This document shows, piece after piece, positions 17,786 to 26,709 of a stretch of 64,000 nucleotides of DNA. This stretch comes from a virus. A program made the translations under genes and the position numbers. The notes under the pieces are model-generated. The model made no database searches. It saw only the letters and a list, made by a program, of their open reading frames with translations, and had not been told where the DNA came from. How positions within the stretch are numbered: position 1 is the stretch's first letter; each line of letters begins with the position of its first letter. The stretch lies in the IMG/VR virus record IMGVR_UViG_3300046514_000338, positions 1 through 64,000 of that record; one strand, given 5' to 3'.

Positions 17786-17810
17786 GGTTTGTTGTTTACC
17801 TGTTGGTGAA

Positions 17811-18116
17811 TTAAATTGTTTTGCTATCGCCTGTACTACTATCATCGCCTGTTGTGTCACTCACTTGTACGTTCTGTTCGCTATTCAGCATTTTGAAACA
17901 AGGGCAAGTAGCGCAATATTCAGGCGAAATATTTGTCCTTAATCCATTTGGCTCATTGTCGGTAAGTGACCAGCAACCCATTACACCCATTAATGCATCC
18001 GGATAACTGCACCATGTCGGCTGAGAATAATTATCAATGACAAACTGAGTAGTAACTTTCCTTTCAACAAGGCCATCAATTTCCGATTGCGATATTTCGT
18101 GCCAAAATGGTTTCAT
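17811..18116 (-). CDS. Cys-rich hypothetical protein
   Basis: WCSY, GCWSL and CATCPC. Confidence 0.65.
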   Translation of the reverse strand: MKPFWHEISQSEIDGLVERKVTTQFVIDNYSQPTWCSYPDALMGVMGCWSLTDNEPNGLRTNISPEYCATCPCFKMLNSEQNVQVSDTTGDDSSTGDSKTI

Positions 18117-18127
18117 AACCTATTGTT

Positions 18128-18538
18128 TTAACTGTTAGGTGTTGCTTTGTCAATTTTATTGTAATGTCTTATAACATAAGATAGCTTGTATCTGAAACTT
18201 ACGTGGCGTAGTTGCTGAATTATATCTCTTAATTTCAGTATATCTTCCTTCGGAACTATTTTAACAAGCAAATCAATTAACAAATCATCGTGAACGCAGT
18301 GTATTGTTTCCTGAAAACTATCGCCCGTCACGCCTTCATCCGCATCATCATACATTTTAAGTCGGGTTGCTATTTGGGCGCAATGCTTATGAGTTTTCCA
18401 ATCATAAAGTGTCCCTTCATGCTTGTGGGTAGATTTCATGTAAACCTCTCCCACCTTTATTTTTTCACAACAAAAATCACAACGATGCTCTTTTGCTGCC
18501 GTTGTCTCCGTAGCATATAATAAAGTTTCAATACTCAT
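18128..18538 (-). CDS. zinc-finger protein
   Basis: AKEHRCDFCCEKI..GE.Y...HKHC. Confidence 0.65.
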   Translation of the reverse strand: MSIETLLYATETTAAKEHRCDFCCEKIKVGEVYMKSTHKHEGTLYDWKTHKHCAQIATRLKMYDDADEGVTGDSFQETIHCVHDDLLIDLLVKIVPKEDILKLRDIIQQLRHVSFRYKLSYVIRHYNKIDKATPNS

Positions 18539-18559
18539 GTTGCTTTGTTTTATTTACTA

Positions 18560-18900
18560 GGTTTGGCGGTGTGGGGAGCCGTTCGGCGTTCCTTCCTATT
18601 TCATCCGTTGCAACGGAATCATTCAACTCCCCCACTACCATAAAATAATTTATTCCGCCACTACACCCAATCACAGTATGTATTTATAAGAGCCTTGAAA
18701 AACCCGTCTTTCCGGGTTGTCACGATTTGTATGTCTGCTCGACAATGGTTTTGCCGCTATTACACCGATGACATTTGGCGGGGACGTCCTACAGCCCGGT
18801 AATCCCATTCGTTTTATACGCTGATAATGATTAACGGCATTATCATTCGAGGTGCACCCCTACGTAGCTGACCGAAAAATATTTTTAAGAACTCATTTCC
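18560..18900 (-). ncRNA. structured non-coding region with boxA/boxB-like elements
   Basis: About 400 bp gene-free gap with several stems, an AACCCG-GAAAGA-CGGGUU hairpin, GCTCTTATAAAT and GTTCTTAAAAAT. Confidence 0.4.
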
Positions 18901-18946
18901 CCCGTACAGAACTAGCCAGTTATCAAATCATATACATATACCCCAC

Positions 18947-19522
18947 TTACTTTAACAACGCTAGCAACACCTCCGGTATGTTCTTGTTTTCTTTTGGCGG
19001 GACTATTGGGTGCAACTTTGTTAAAAACACACCTACCACTCGCGGCCAAATTTTCATGGTAGTAGCGTTGTACCAATTTGAATCATAGAACCCGTGGCAT
19101 CCGCATAAATGACCGCCCCACGATGGAAACAAAACTATATGATTATCCCTATTTGACGCAAGAGAGGGGAAGCCGTAATTTTTTTTCTTAGGTAAAATAT
19201 GAGCCTGACACGCCCGCCAAATTTTTTCATAACCCGGCGATTTTAACCAATCAGCCCTAAATCCGCATTCAGCACACACCGGCTCAGATACCTCCATGAA
19301 ATAATCAAACCATTGATTTACTTCTTCTTTCTCGTCTTGTTTCCCGTGGAACACACCAATCGGCCTAGCTGCATTAACTAAGGCTAGTTGCTCTTTTTCT
19401 TCAGCTAACTCAACCTTTCGTTTATCGCTGACCTTTTTTATTGGCTTCTTTGGCTTTGCCCCGGTAGTTTTTTTCTCTAAGCCTAGTTTTATTCGGCGGT
19501 ATTGTTCTCTGTCGTATGTCAT
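18947..19522 (-). CDS. HNH/NinG-like zinc-binding nuclease
   Basis: CAECG...AHILPK...DNHIVL...CGCHGFYD. Confidence 0.6.
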   Translation of the reverse strand: MTYDREQYRRIKLGLEKKTTGAKPKKPIKKVSDKRKVELAEEKEQLALVNAARPIGVFHGKQDEKEEVNQWFDYFMEVSEPVCAECGFRADWLKSPGYEKIWRACQAHILPKKKNYGFPSLASNRDNHIVLFPSWGGHLCGCHGFYDSNWYNATTMKIWPRVVGVFLTKLHPIVPPKENKNIPEVLLALLK

Positions 19523-19734
19523 TCGGGGTAGAATTGGTCAATGTTGCGTTTATGCTCTTCTGCAATCTTTACTAATTGTTCTCTAAGGGAGTGTTTTTCT
19601 GTAGGGGTTGTCTTTGTGAATTGCAGCAACATATCATAGGTTTGGCGATACCCGAAAAGAAGGTCATTAAATCGTTTAAGCGACTCTACACATTTGTATG
19701 GCGGTATCACTTCTTGGTTGCTATTCTTTGCCAT
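19519..19734 (-). CDS. hypothetical protein, first gene of the leftward operon
   Basis: ATG at 19734 just downstream of the promoter. Confidence 0.65.
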   Translation of the reverse strand: MAKNSNQEVIPPYKCVESLKRFNDLLFGYRQTYDMLLQFTKTTPTEKHSLREQLVKIAEEHKRNIDQFYPE

Positions 19735-19755
19735 TGTGTTTTTGCTTTTGTTGTA

Positions 19756-19825
19756 CGAAGATACATAACATTTAATAACATTTCCAAATATTATTTTGGT
19801 GTAATCAACATTTGTATTATTTTTG
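19756..19825. promoter_or_regulatory. back-to-back divergent promoters with AACATTT repeats
   Basis: Minus strand TTTG-N21-TATCTTCG; plus strand TTTG-N19-TATTTTTG. Confidence 0.7.
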
Positions 19826-19829
19826 ACCC

Positions 19830-20015
19830 ATGCCAAATTACGACCATAACGGGAAGGAGGTGAAAAAACAAGCCACGCAAAATGTGGCAATTCCAAAAAA
19901 ATCATACCACAAACTTAGGTCATTCGCCTATAGCAAGGGTTGGAGAATTGGTTGGTTCTTTGAGCAAGCGGCGATAGAAAAAATGGAAAACGAAATTCAA
20001 AAAGAAAAAAAATAA
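19830..20015 (+). CDS. small ribbon-helix-helix-like regulator
   Basis: QNVAIPKKSYHKLRSFAYSKGWRIGWFFEQAAIEKM strand-helix-helix pattern. Confidence 0.55.
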   Translation: MPNYDHNGKEVKKQATQNVAIPKKSYHKLRSFAYSKGWRIGWFFEQAAIEKMENEIQKEKK

Positions 20016-20016
20016 T

Positions 20017-20343
20017 ATGAACAAACGAACCGCCATCAACCACGCAGCAGTTTCAATATTTTCTATTTTTATTATTTCGATTTTGTGCATCGCGGGGTAT
20101 AGAGATAGTGACGCACGACCCACGCAGCGACACTCGCCGGTCATTAAAACATATATGTTCGCCGTGGATAGTCCCACTTATGTATTTATGGATAGCGTAT
20201 GGAGGGCTTCAATACGGAATACTGGTTATACAATGTCTGCGCCGGATGCCGACCAACTTCGCGCAACCCAAGCGGGGATAGTTAACTTTTTCCAAACACA
20301 ACGGGTGCAGCAGGATAGCGCGGCCAAAAAAACAAAAAAATAA
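20017..20343 (+). CDS. exported or membrane-anchored protein
   Basis: N-terminal hydrophobic segment; DSV and DSA sequons. Confidence 0.6.
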   Translation: MNKRTAINHAAVSIFSIFIISILCIAGYRDSDARPTQRHSPVIKTYMFAVDSPTYVFMDSVWRASIRNTGYTMSAPDADQLRATQAGIVNFFQTQRVQQDSAAKKTKK

Positions 20344-20345
20344 TT

Positions 20346-20750
20346 ATGAATAAACAGCAAACAACACTCGCCATCATTGGCGCTATTGCAGTCGTCACCG
20401 TCTTTTTGTTCGGATGGCCGCAATATAAAGTGTGGCAGCAAAGAAAGGAAGGACAAGCCATGTTAGCACATGCGCAATACGCGAAAGAGGTAGCCGTAGC
20501 AGAAGCAAAAGCAAAAAAAGAAAGTGCCGCATTGTTATCTGAAGCCGATACTTTAAGAGCACATGGAACCGCAAGGGCTAATGAAATTATCGGTAAGTCA
20601 ATCACCAAAGAATACCTTCAATGGTTTTGGACAGAATCGCTAAAGGAAAATCAAGGCCGTGAGCAAGTGATATATGTTCCATCGGGGCAACTAGGCGTAC
20701 CAATAATGGAGGCGGGAAGATTGGGTGTAGCAGATACGGGATTTCGCTAA
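20346..20750 (+). CDS. membrane protein resembling the SPFH/prohibitin coiled-coil C-terminus
   Basis: TM helix, AEAKA..EA..A.G.A.AN..I, and VIYVP. Confidence 0.6.
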   Translation: MNKQQTTLAIIGAIAVVTVFLFGWPQYKVWQQRKEGQAMLAHAQYAKEVAVAEAKAKKESAALLSEADTLRAHGTARANEIIGKSITKEYLQWFWTESLKENQGREQVIYVPSGQLGVPIMEAGRLGVADTGFR

Positions 20751-20751
20751 A

Positions 20752-20779
20752 TAAAAAAGCCCCGACTTCGAGGCTTTTC
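20752..20779. terminator. bidirectional terminator between convergent genes
   Basis: AAAAAAGCCCCGACTTCGAGGCTTTT. Confidence 0.6.
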
Positions 20780-20804
20780 ATAGAATGCTCTTTTACAAAC
20801 CAGA

Positions 20805-21080
20805 CTAAGCGTTTGCAAGCGTTTGGATAGCTGCGGGTGTCAGGTTAGAGAAGAAAATTGCGCCCGGAATCGCAGCGGTGCGAACCGAACTGTAGATTAA
20901 CGCCGCTCCTGCCACGCCGCAAGCCTGAAGCTGTTGCAGTGTAGCACCCGTATTTGGTTGCACCTGAATAGACGCACCAGCGAACATCATAATGTTACCA
21001 AAGGGGTAAAGCGTTCTGTCAATCAATTGCTGACTTCCGATTTGGTATATCGGAATAGGAATTAACGTTGACGTAGCCAT
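20805..21080 (-). CDS. small nearly uncharged protein, possibly virion-associated
   Basis: Lone leftward gene with its own TATTTTTG box and terminator. Confidence 0.65.
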   Translation of the reverse strand: MATSTLIPIPIYQIGSQQLIDRTLYPFGNIMMFAGASIQVQPNTGATLQQLQACGVAGAALIYSSVRTAAIPGAIFFSNLTPAAIQTLANA

Positions 21081-21163
21081 TTTCTAGTAGTTGTAGTTAA
21101 AAAATGTTGTTGACGTTCAAAAATAATTAAAAAAATCAATATTTTTTGAAAACTTTTCAATAA

Positions 21164-21964
21164 ATGGCTATAACCTGCCTTCATTCATTTAACGCTGGCG
21201 ACCTTATTACCATCCTACCGGGGTTCCAAAACCTATATATGTCGCTTAAAAAAAAGACCACCATCTACCAAAGGCTAGGTCTTCCCGCTTATTATTATGA
21301 TGATGCGCAGCACCCAGTACAACAGGACGGGAAGCAGGTATGTATGAATCAGCAAGTGTTCGATATGATGAAGCCGCTGCTAATGGTGCAACCATATATT
21401 CAATCATTTGAAGTGTGGGAAGGGCAGGAAGTTCATTTCGATATTGATAAAACGCGGCAATCATCCCAAATACCATTACCGGGTGGAGATATTCATGCGT
21501 GGCCTACCCTTATTCATCCGCAACTAGCGTGTGACTTAAGTGTGCCTTGGATTCATGTTGGTGGGAAGCGGGAAGGGTTTGCTGATAAGATTGTTATTAA
21601 CCGCACCACTCGCTACAGGAATCATTATATACAATATTTTTTCCTAAAGGACTATGAAGACAAAATTGTTTTTATTGGCCTCGAACATGAGCATAAGGAT
21701 TTTTGCGAACAATTCAAATTAAAAATTCCATTATTCACCGCGACAAATTTTTTAGAATTAGCTGAAGTAATATCTTCGGCTAGATTTGGGATTTTTAATC
21801 AATCATTAGCGTGGCACTTAGCCGATGCGCAAAAAACAAAACGAATACTAGAGGTATGTACTGTTTATCCCAACTCCTTTGCAACAGGGAAGGATGGGTA
21901 TAATTTCACGCAGCAAGAGTCTTTAGAATATAGATTTCATGAACTTTTAAAACAGACCGAATGA
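21164..21964 (+). CDS. GT-B glycosyltransferase, GT9 (heptosyltransferase)-like
   Basis: HSFNAGDLI...P and ELAEVISSARFGIFNQSLAWHLADA. Confidence 0.65.
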   Translation: MAITCLHSFNAGDLITILPGFQNLYMSLKKKTTIYQRLGLPAYYYDDAQHPVQQDGKQVCMNQQVFDMMKPLLMVQPYIQSFEVWEGQEVHFDIDKTRQSSQIPLPGGDIHAWPTLIHPQLACDLSVPWIHVGGKREGFADKIVINRTTRYRNHYIQYFFLKDYEDKIVFIGLEHEHKDFCEQFKLKIPLFTATNFLELAEVISSARFGIFNQSLAWHLADAQKTKRILEVCTVYPNSFATGKDGYNFTQQESLEYRFHELLKQTE

Positions 21965-23379
21965 CCAATTTGCCAAATGTAACACTCTGCATCATTGACT
22001 GTGTAAACTACGGTCCAGCTATTCAGGCAATCAGAAAAAGCCTGAGTCAAATCACTCCCGCTAAGACTATTTTCCTGACAGATATTTCCGCCGTCAACCC
22101 AAACTTCCCGTTTGAGATAATAAAAATTCCAAAAATTGACTCAAAGGAAGCCTACTCAACATTCGTCATAAAGGAACTACACAAGTATATAAGTACAGAT
22201 TATGTGCTTATTATTCAGCATGACGCATGGGTTCTTGACGGAAGCGTGTGGGATGATGGATTTTTGGAGTACGATTATATAGGTGCGCCGTGGCTGTATA
22301 TCGACGGTAGAAACGTTGGCAACGGGGGATTTAGTCTTCGTAGTAAAAGGCTGCATGATATATTAGCTAGTGATGAATTTATATTGCCGGTTCACCCGGA
22401 GGATGATGCGATTTGCAGAACATATCGTCACTATCTTGAACGCAAGTATAACATAAAGTTTGCGCCGGAAGATATTGCTGATAAGTTTTCGTTTGAACTC
22501 AGAGAGCCGTCACAAAAAACATTTGGGTTCCACGGAAAATTTCATAAACAATTTAAGCCAACGGTTGTGGTTAAAAGAACTGGTGCGTTAGGGGATTTGG
22601 TCGCCGTAGAACCGCTGCTTAAATATTATTTTGATAAAGGATATAATGTTGTTATAGATGCGCCGCTGCATCTTGCGATGATTTATTCGCAACACTATTT
22701 CCCCGTCAGGCATATTTCGCAACTAACAGATGGTCGCGTTCCTTATACGCTTATTGATTTGGATGGTGCATATGAAACAAATCCAAAACAACTTCATTTG
22801 AAAAGTTATTATGATAGAGCAGGCATTACCGATGGTGAAATAAGAAGCCCGAAATTGAACATGGTCGCAGATGAATTTAATCGACTCTTTGTAGGTAAGT
22901 ATGCAGTTATTCATAACGATGTGCGCGACCAACCATCGCGTAATATTTACGGAGTGGATTGGGGAAAAGTAGTTGAACGTTTGCACGACGAAGGATTCAT
23001 CGTTATCCAAGCGGGAATGTCGCCGCACTTACCAATCGAAGGAGCGATTGATATGAGAACGGTAACTGTTAACATGCTAGTCTACCTCATGGCAGGCGCT
23101 TCTCTTTTTGTTGGCATAGATAGTGGCATTTCAAATATTGCGGCAGCGTTCCATGTACCATCGGTAATATGCGTTGGGTCTGTCAACCCAGAATATATTT
23201 ATCCCGATATGTCCAACATCGAAATCGTGAACAATCACCCATGCTGCGAAAAAAAGTATTGCTGGAACGAAGTGGTGTCAACAACGGGTCAGGATTGCTA
23301 CATAGATAAAAACAATCCGCCGTGTACGAATTTTGAAACAGACAAAGTAATTAATGCCATAAATCAATTCTTTGAGTGA
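21961..23379 (+). CDS. DUF5672 (GT-A-like) plus GT9-like glycosyltransferase fusion
   Basis: QHDAWV..YDYIGAPW..VGNGGFSLRS, then RTGALGDL and FVGIDSGISNIAAA. Confidence 0.8.
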   Translation: MTNLPNVTLCIIDCVNYGPAIQAIRKSLSQITPAKTIFLTDISAVNPNFPFEIIKIPKIDSKEAYSTFVIKELHKYISTDYVLIIQHDAWVLDGSVWDDGFLEYDYIGAPWLYIDGRNVGNGGFSLRSKRLHDILASDEFILPVHPEDDAICRTYRHYLERKYNIKFAPEDIADKFSFELREPSQKTFGFHGKFHKQFKPTVVVKRTGALGDLVAVEPLLKYYFDKGYNVVIDAPLHLAMIYSQHYFPVRHISQLTDGRVPYTLIDLDGAYETNPKQLHLKSYYDRAGITDGEIRSPKLNMVADEFNRLFVGKYAVIHNDVRDQPSRNIYGVDWGKVVERLHDEGFIVIQAGMSPHLPIEGAIDMRTVTVNMLVYLMAGASLFVGIDSGISNIAAAFHVPSVICVGSVNPEYIYPDMSNIEIVNNHPCCEKKYCWNEVVSTTGQDCYIDKNNPPCTNFETDKVINAINQFFE

Positions 23380-24125
23380 TATACGATTGTTTCATATATA
23401 ATGGAGAGCGGGAACTGTTAGACATTCGGATAAACGAAATGAGCCTATGCAAAGAACCTGTTGCCTGTGTTTGCGTAGAGGCTAATGTAACGCACACCGA
23501 CGAGAGTAAAAGTATTGAGCGGATTACTACCGAAGGAGTCTATCATTTTATGGTTGGCCTTCCGTCAGGAGCAACCCCTAGGGAGATGGAGGCCATTCAG
23601 AGAAATAAAATCATAGATTCGCTGCTCCAATTAAAACCAAAGGATGACGACATTATTATCATATCAGATATTGACGAAGTGCCAAGGGCTAGGCAGATTA
23701 ATCTTTTTAAGCCACAAGTAGAGTTTGCCGCGCTTATCATGGATAAATATGGGTATTACCTGAACTGGTTAGAATCAGCACAATCATGGGATAGGGCGAG
23801 AATTATGTCATGGCACTATCTTAAAGACAAAGAACCGGAAGCTGTAAGGAACAGCGGGTATGATTTTTCTCTTCATCATGCGGGGTGGCATTGGAGTTAC
23901 CTTTGGAACAGGGCGCACCAAAAATTGAAAACATTTTCACACCAAGAATTAAACAATGAGGCCAACCACGAAGCTGTTACGGCAAAAGAAAATTTTTGGA
24001 GCGGAGAAAAACTGAAACGAATAGAACTTGACCTTTCCCACCCGGAGTGGTTGCTTAAAAACGAAATTACATTTGCGCACCTAATAGACAACCCATCATT
24101 TAAATATATATATGAAAGTATATGA
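23376..24125 (+). CDS. GT17-like (beta-1,4-GlcNAc transferase-like) glycosyltransferase
   Basis: IYDCF.YN.E..LL.IR, ISDIDEVP and AGWHWSY. Confidence 0.8.
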   Translation: MIYDCFIYNGERELLDIRINEMSLCKEPVACVCVEANVTHTDESKSIERITTEGVYHFMVGLPSGATPREMEAIQRNKIIDSLLQLKPKDDDIIIISDIDEVPRARQINLFKPQVEFAALIMDKYGYYLNWLESAQSWDRARIMSWHYLKDKEPEAVRNSGYDFSLHHAGWHWSYLWNRAHQKLKTFSHQELNNEANHEAVTAKENFWSGEKLKRIELDLSHPEWLLKNEITFAHLIDNPSFKYIYESI

Positions 24126-24870
24126 TTGCTTTCCGTTTTTTAACGAACTGGATTTATTGAAAATAAGACTTGAAACGCTAAAGGAATTAGACCCCATTCA
24201 TGTGCTCGTAGAGGCCACTACTACTCATACGGGGCTACCAAAGCCGCTATACTTTGAAGAGAATAAGGAATTGTTCAAAGACTATAATATCCGCCACATC
24301 ATAACCGAACTCCCAAACAACGGCGACTATTGGCTTGCAGAAAATAAACAAAGGGATGCTATCATTGCCGGCCTTTATGATGCAGAAGATGAAGACTTGA
24401 TTATTATAAGCGACTTGGACGAAATTGCAAGACCGGACAGAATACGCCTTTTTGACGCAAGCGTACATATTGTAGCGGGGCTGAAGATGGATAAATATAG
24501 TTACTATATTAACTGCCTTGAAGGAGCGCAGTGTTGGGAAGTCCCGAAGTTGACTACATTCGCGCACCTAAAGACAACTACCCCAAACAAACTTCGTAAC
24601 GGCGGCCACGACACCATTATCCTTGATGCAGGGTGGCACATGAGTTTTTTGGGCGGCGTAGCAAAGATGAGAGAAAAGTTATTTTCTTATGCGCATACAG
24701 AAACGGTTACGGCGGATTTGTTAAACAACTTGGAGCGAAAGTTTGAGCGAGGGGAATCAATGTGGGGAACTGACCTTTGGCGGTTTGTACGAGTAGATGA
24801 AACGTTCCCGAAGGTCGTGCAGGAGAACAAACAATTTTATGAACAAATCGGTTTATTGAAAAAATTATGA
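24112..24870 (+). CDS. GT17-like glycosyltransferase (tandem paralog)
   Basis: VYDCFPFFNELDLLKIRL, SDLDEI and AGWHMSFLGG. Confidence 0.85.
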   Translation: MKVYDCFPFFNELDLLKIRLETLKELDPIHVLVEATTTHTGLPKPLYFEENKELFKDYNIRHIITELPNNGDYWLAENKQRDAIIAGLYDAEDEDLIIISDLDEIARPDRIRLFDASVHIVAGLKMDKYSYYINCLEGAQCWEVPKLTTFAHLKTTTPNKLRNGGHDTIILDAGWHMSFLGGVAKMREKLFSYAHTETVTADLLNNLERKFERGESMWGTDLWRFVRVDETFPKVVQENKQFYEQIGLLKKL

Positions 24871-25553
24871 TGTACGTTGATGGTAAAGATATGGGCTATA
24901 AAGCAAAAGCAGGCTGGTGGAATGACCCCTCAGATAAAGATGCGTTTCGTATCGCTGAACTAAACAATGATTATCCTTACGAATATTTTTCAACAGACCA
25001 CGTTTCAGAAACGGTGGTTACGGCCTATTGCGATAGCGTAGTCCGGGCGTATGAATTATTGTCGGGAGCGCCGCTAAAAACAATTGTAGAGTTTGGGGCA
25101 GCGGGAGGGTGGTTCACATCTGAATTTTTTAAAAGAGGTTACCACATTTGGGGATTCGATGGTGCTGAAAGTGGTCTTGCGAAATGTTTTGACAGAAAAA
25201 TATTTTTTGCAGATGCGCAGGATTTTCGCAAACCAATGGCAGAGCCGTATAGAAAGTTTGACATTGCTCTTTGCACCGAAGTAGCAGGGCATATTGAGCC
25301 TCCGTTTAGTGCTATGCTAGTTTCAAATTTAGTAAAACACTCAGATGTGATATGGTGGAGTAGCGAAGAAGTTGGTGTAACAAAACCACACTTGCACCAT
25401 CCCAACGAACAGCCTTATCAGTATTGGATAAATATTTTTGAGTTTTATGGCTATAAGGCAAAAAAGATAAGCGACGAAATATTTTACGCCTGCGAAGGGC
25501 GCGGGAGATATATTTTTTATAACAGCAACACATATGATAATGCGAACACTTGA
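24867..25553 (+). CDS. class I SAM-dependent methyltransferase
   Basis: VEFGAAGGWF, FDIALCTEVAGHI and HPNEQP..YW. Confidence 0.8.
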   Translation: MMYVDGKDMGYKAKAGWWNDPSDKDAFRIAELNNDYPYEYFSTDHVSETVVTAYCDSVVRAYELLSGAPLKTIVEFGAAGGWFTSEFFKRGYHIWGFDGAESGLAKCFDRKIFFADAQDFRKPMAEPYRKFDIALCTEVAGHIEPPFSAMLVSNLVKHSDVIWWSSEEVGVTKPHLHHPNEQPYQYWINIFEFYGYKAKKISDEIFYACEGRGRYIFYNSNTYDNANT

Positions 25554-26175
25554 CGAAATAGCTATTGAATGTGGTACCGATAAATCAAGTCGTGGTCATT
25601 CCTACTGCCAGTATTACGACATATTCTTTGACCAACTAAGGTACAAGTCAATTAATCTGCTAGAAATAGGCATTGATAAGGGCGATTCATTGCGAATGTG
25701 GCATAAATATTTTCCCCACTCTGAAATTCACGGCATCGACCTGCGTGGCGATTATGAGTACCTGCATGAACTAGGAATAAAAACACACATAGTTGACCAC
25801 AGCAATCGCGGCGAATTAATAGTGTTTGGTGAGCAATACGACCAGCATTTTGATATAATTATCGAAGACGGTAGCCACATGAGCGAAGATTCTGTACTTA
25901 CTTTCGAGACTCTTTTTCGCTATCTTAAACCGGGCGGTAATTATGTCATTGAAGATATGCTATGCGATTATGATAGTCGGTGGAACAGCGGGAGAAGTTC
26001 CATAGAGCGGGTAAAGAGAATGGTCAGCGAGGTAAACATGAGCGACGGTATAAGTCACGATAATCTATGCTCTAACAAAAAAGAAGCAGTAAAAAAATAT
26101 GGCGGAACTTATTTTGATTTGAAAATAGAGTCTATATTCGTGAGTTGCGGCCTTTGTATCATTAAAAAAATGTAA
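25534..26175 (+). CDS. SAM-dependent sugar O-methyltransferase-like (MycE-type)
   Basis: GTDK..HSY, LLEIGI..G.SLRMW, FDIIIEDGSH and LKPGG.YVIED. Confidence 0.8.
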   Translation: MIMRTLDEIAIECGTDKSSRGHSYCQYYDIFFDQLRYKSINLLEIGIDKGDSLRMWHKYFPHSEIHGIDLRGDYEYLHELGIKTHIVDHSNRGELIVFGEQYDQHFDIIIEDGSHMSEDSVLTFETLFRYLKPGGNYVIEDMLCDYDSRWNSGRSSIERVKRMVSEVNMSDGISHDNLCSNKKEAVKKYGGTYFDLKIESIFVSCGLCIIKKM

Positions 26176-26178
26176 ACC

Positions 26179-26709
26179 ATGAGTCTCTTTTGCCCGGTAG
26201 AAACATTACAGAACTCCAAAGAACTTGCTGAGATGGTTGACCTTTATCAAAAAGTAAAACCAAAAACGGTACTAGAGATAGGCAGTCTGTACGGCGGAAC
26301 GCTTTATCATTGGATGGATAAGGCAGATTGGCTGGTAAAGATTGTGTCAATAGATTTAGAAGTGAGAAATAAAGAGATGTGGTTTTCGTGGCTAAAGGAT
26401 GGGCAAAGCCTTGTTGCATTTCAGGGAAATTCATCAAACCCCGAAATGGTGGAATCGGTTTTAAAAACATTCCCGGATGGGGTTGATTGGTTATTTATCG
26501 ACGGCGGCCATGCGTATCACGAAGCAAGAGATGATTATTTTAATTATTTCCCGTTGGTGCGCCCCGGTGGTTATTGCCTTTTCCATGACATTATTGGCGA
26601 ACTAGGCGTAGTCGCATTGTGGAAGGAGATAAAAGCGGCAGGTGTCAATGTAACTGAAATTTCTCACGAACCACCCTATCTTGGGATAGGCATAATTCAA
26701 AAGGCATGA
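26179..26709 (+). CDS. Methyltransf_24-like O-methyltransferase
   Basis: VLEIGSLYGGT, LFIDGGHAY..A..D and VRPGG...HD. Confidence 0.8.
   Translation: MSLFCPVETLQNSKELAEMVDLYQKVKPKTVLEIGSLYGGTLYHWMDKADWLVKIVSIDLEVRNKEMWFSWLKDGQSLVAFQGNSSNPEMVESVLKTFPDGVDWLFIDGGHAYHEARDDYFNYFPLVRPGGYCLFHDIIGELGVVALWKEIKAAGVNVTEISHEPPYLGIGIIQKA

Noticed and set aside
18564-18640. tRNA or hammerhead ribozyme (CCA-like end; UGA-stem-GAAA)
   Set aside because: No T-loop GTTC or cloverleaf, and the CUGANGA core is not intact
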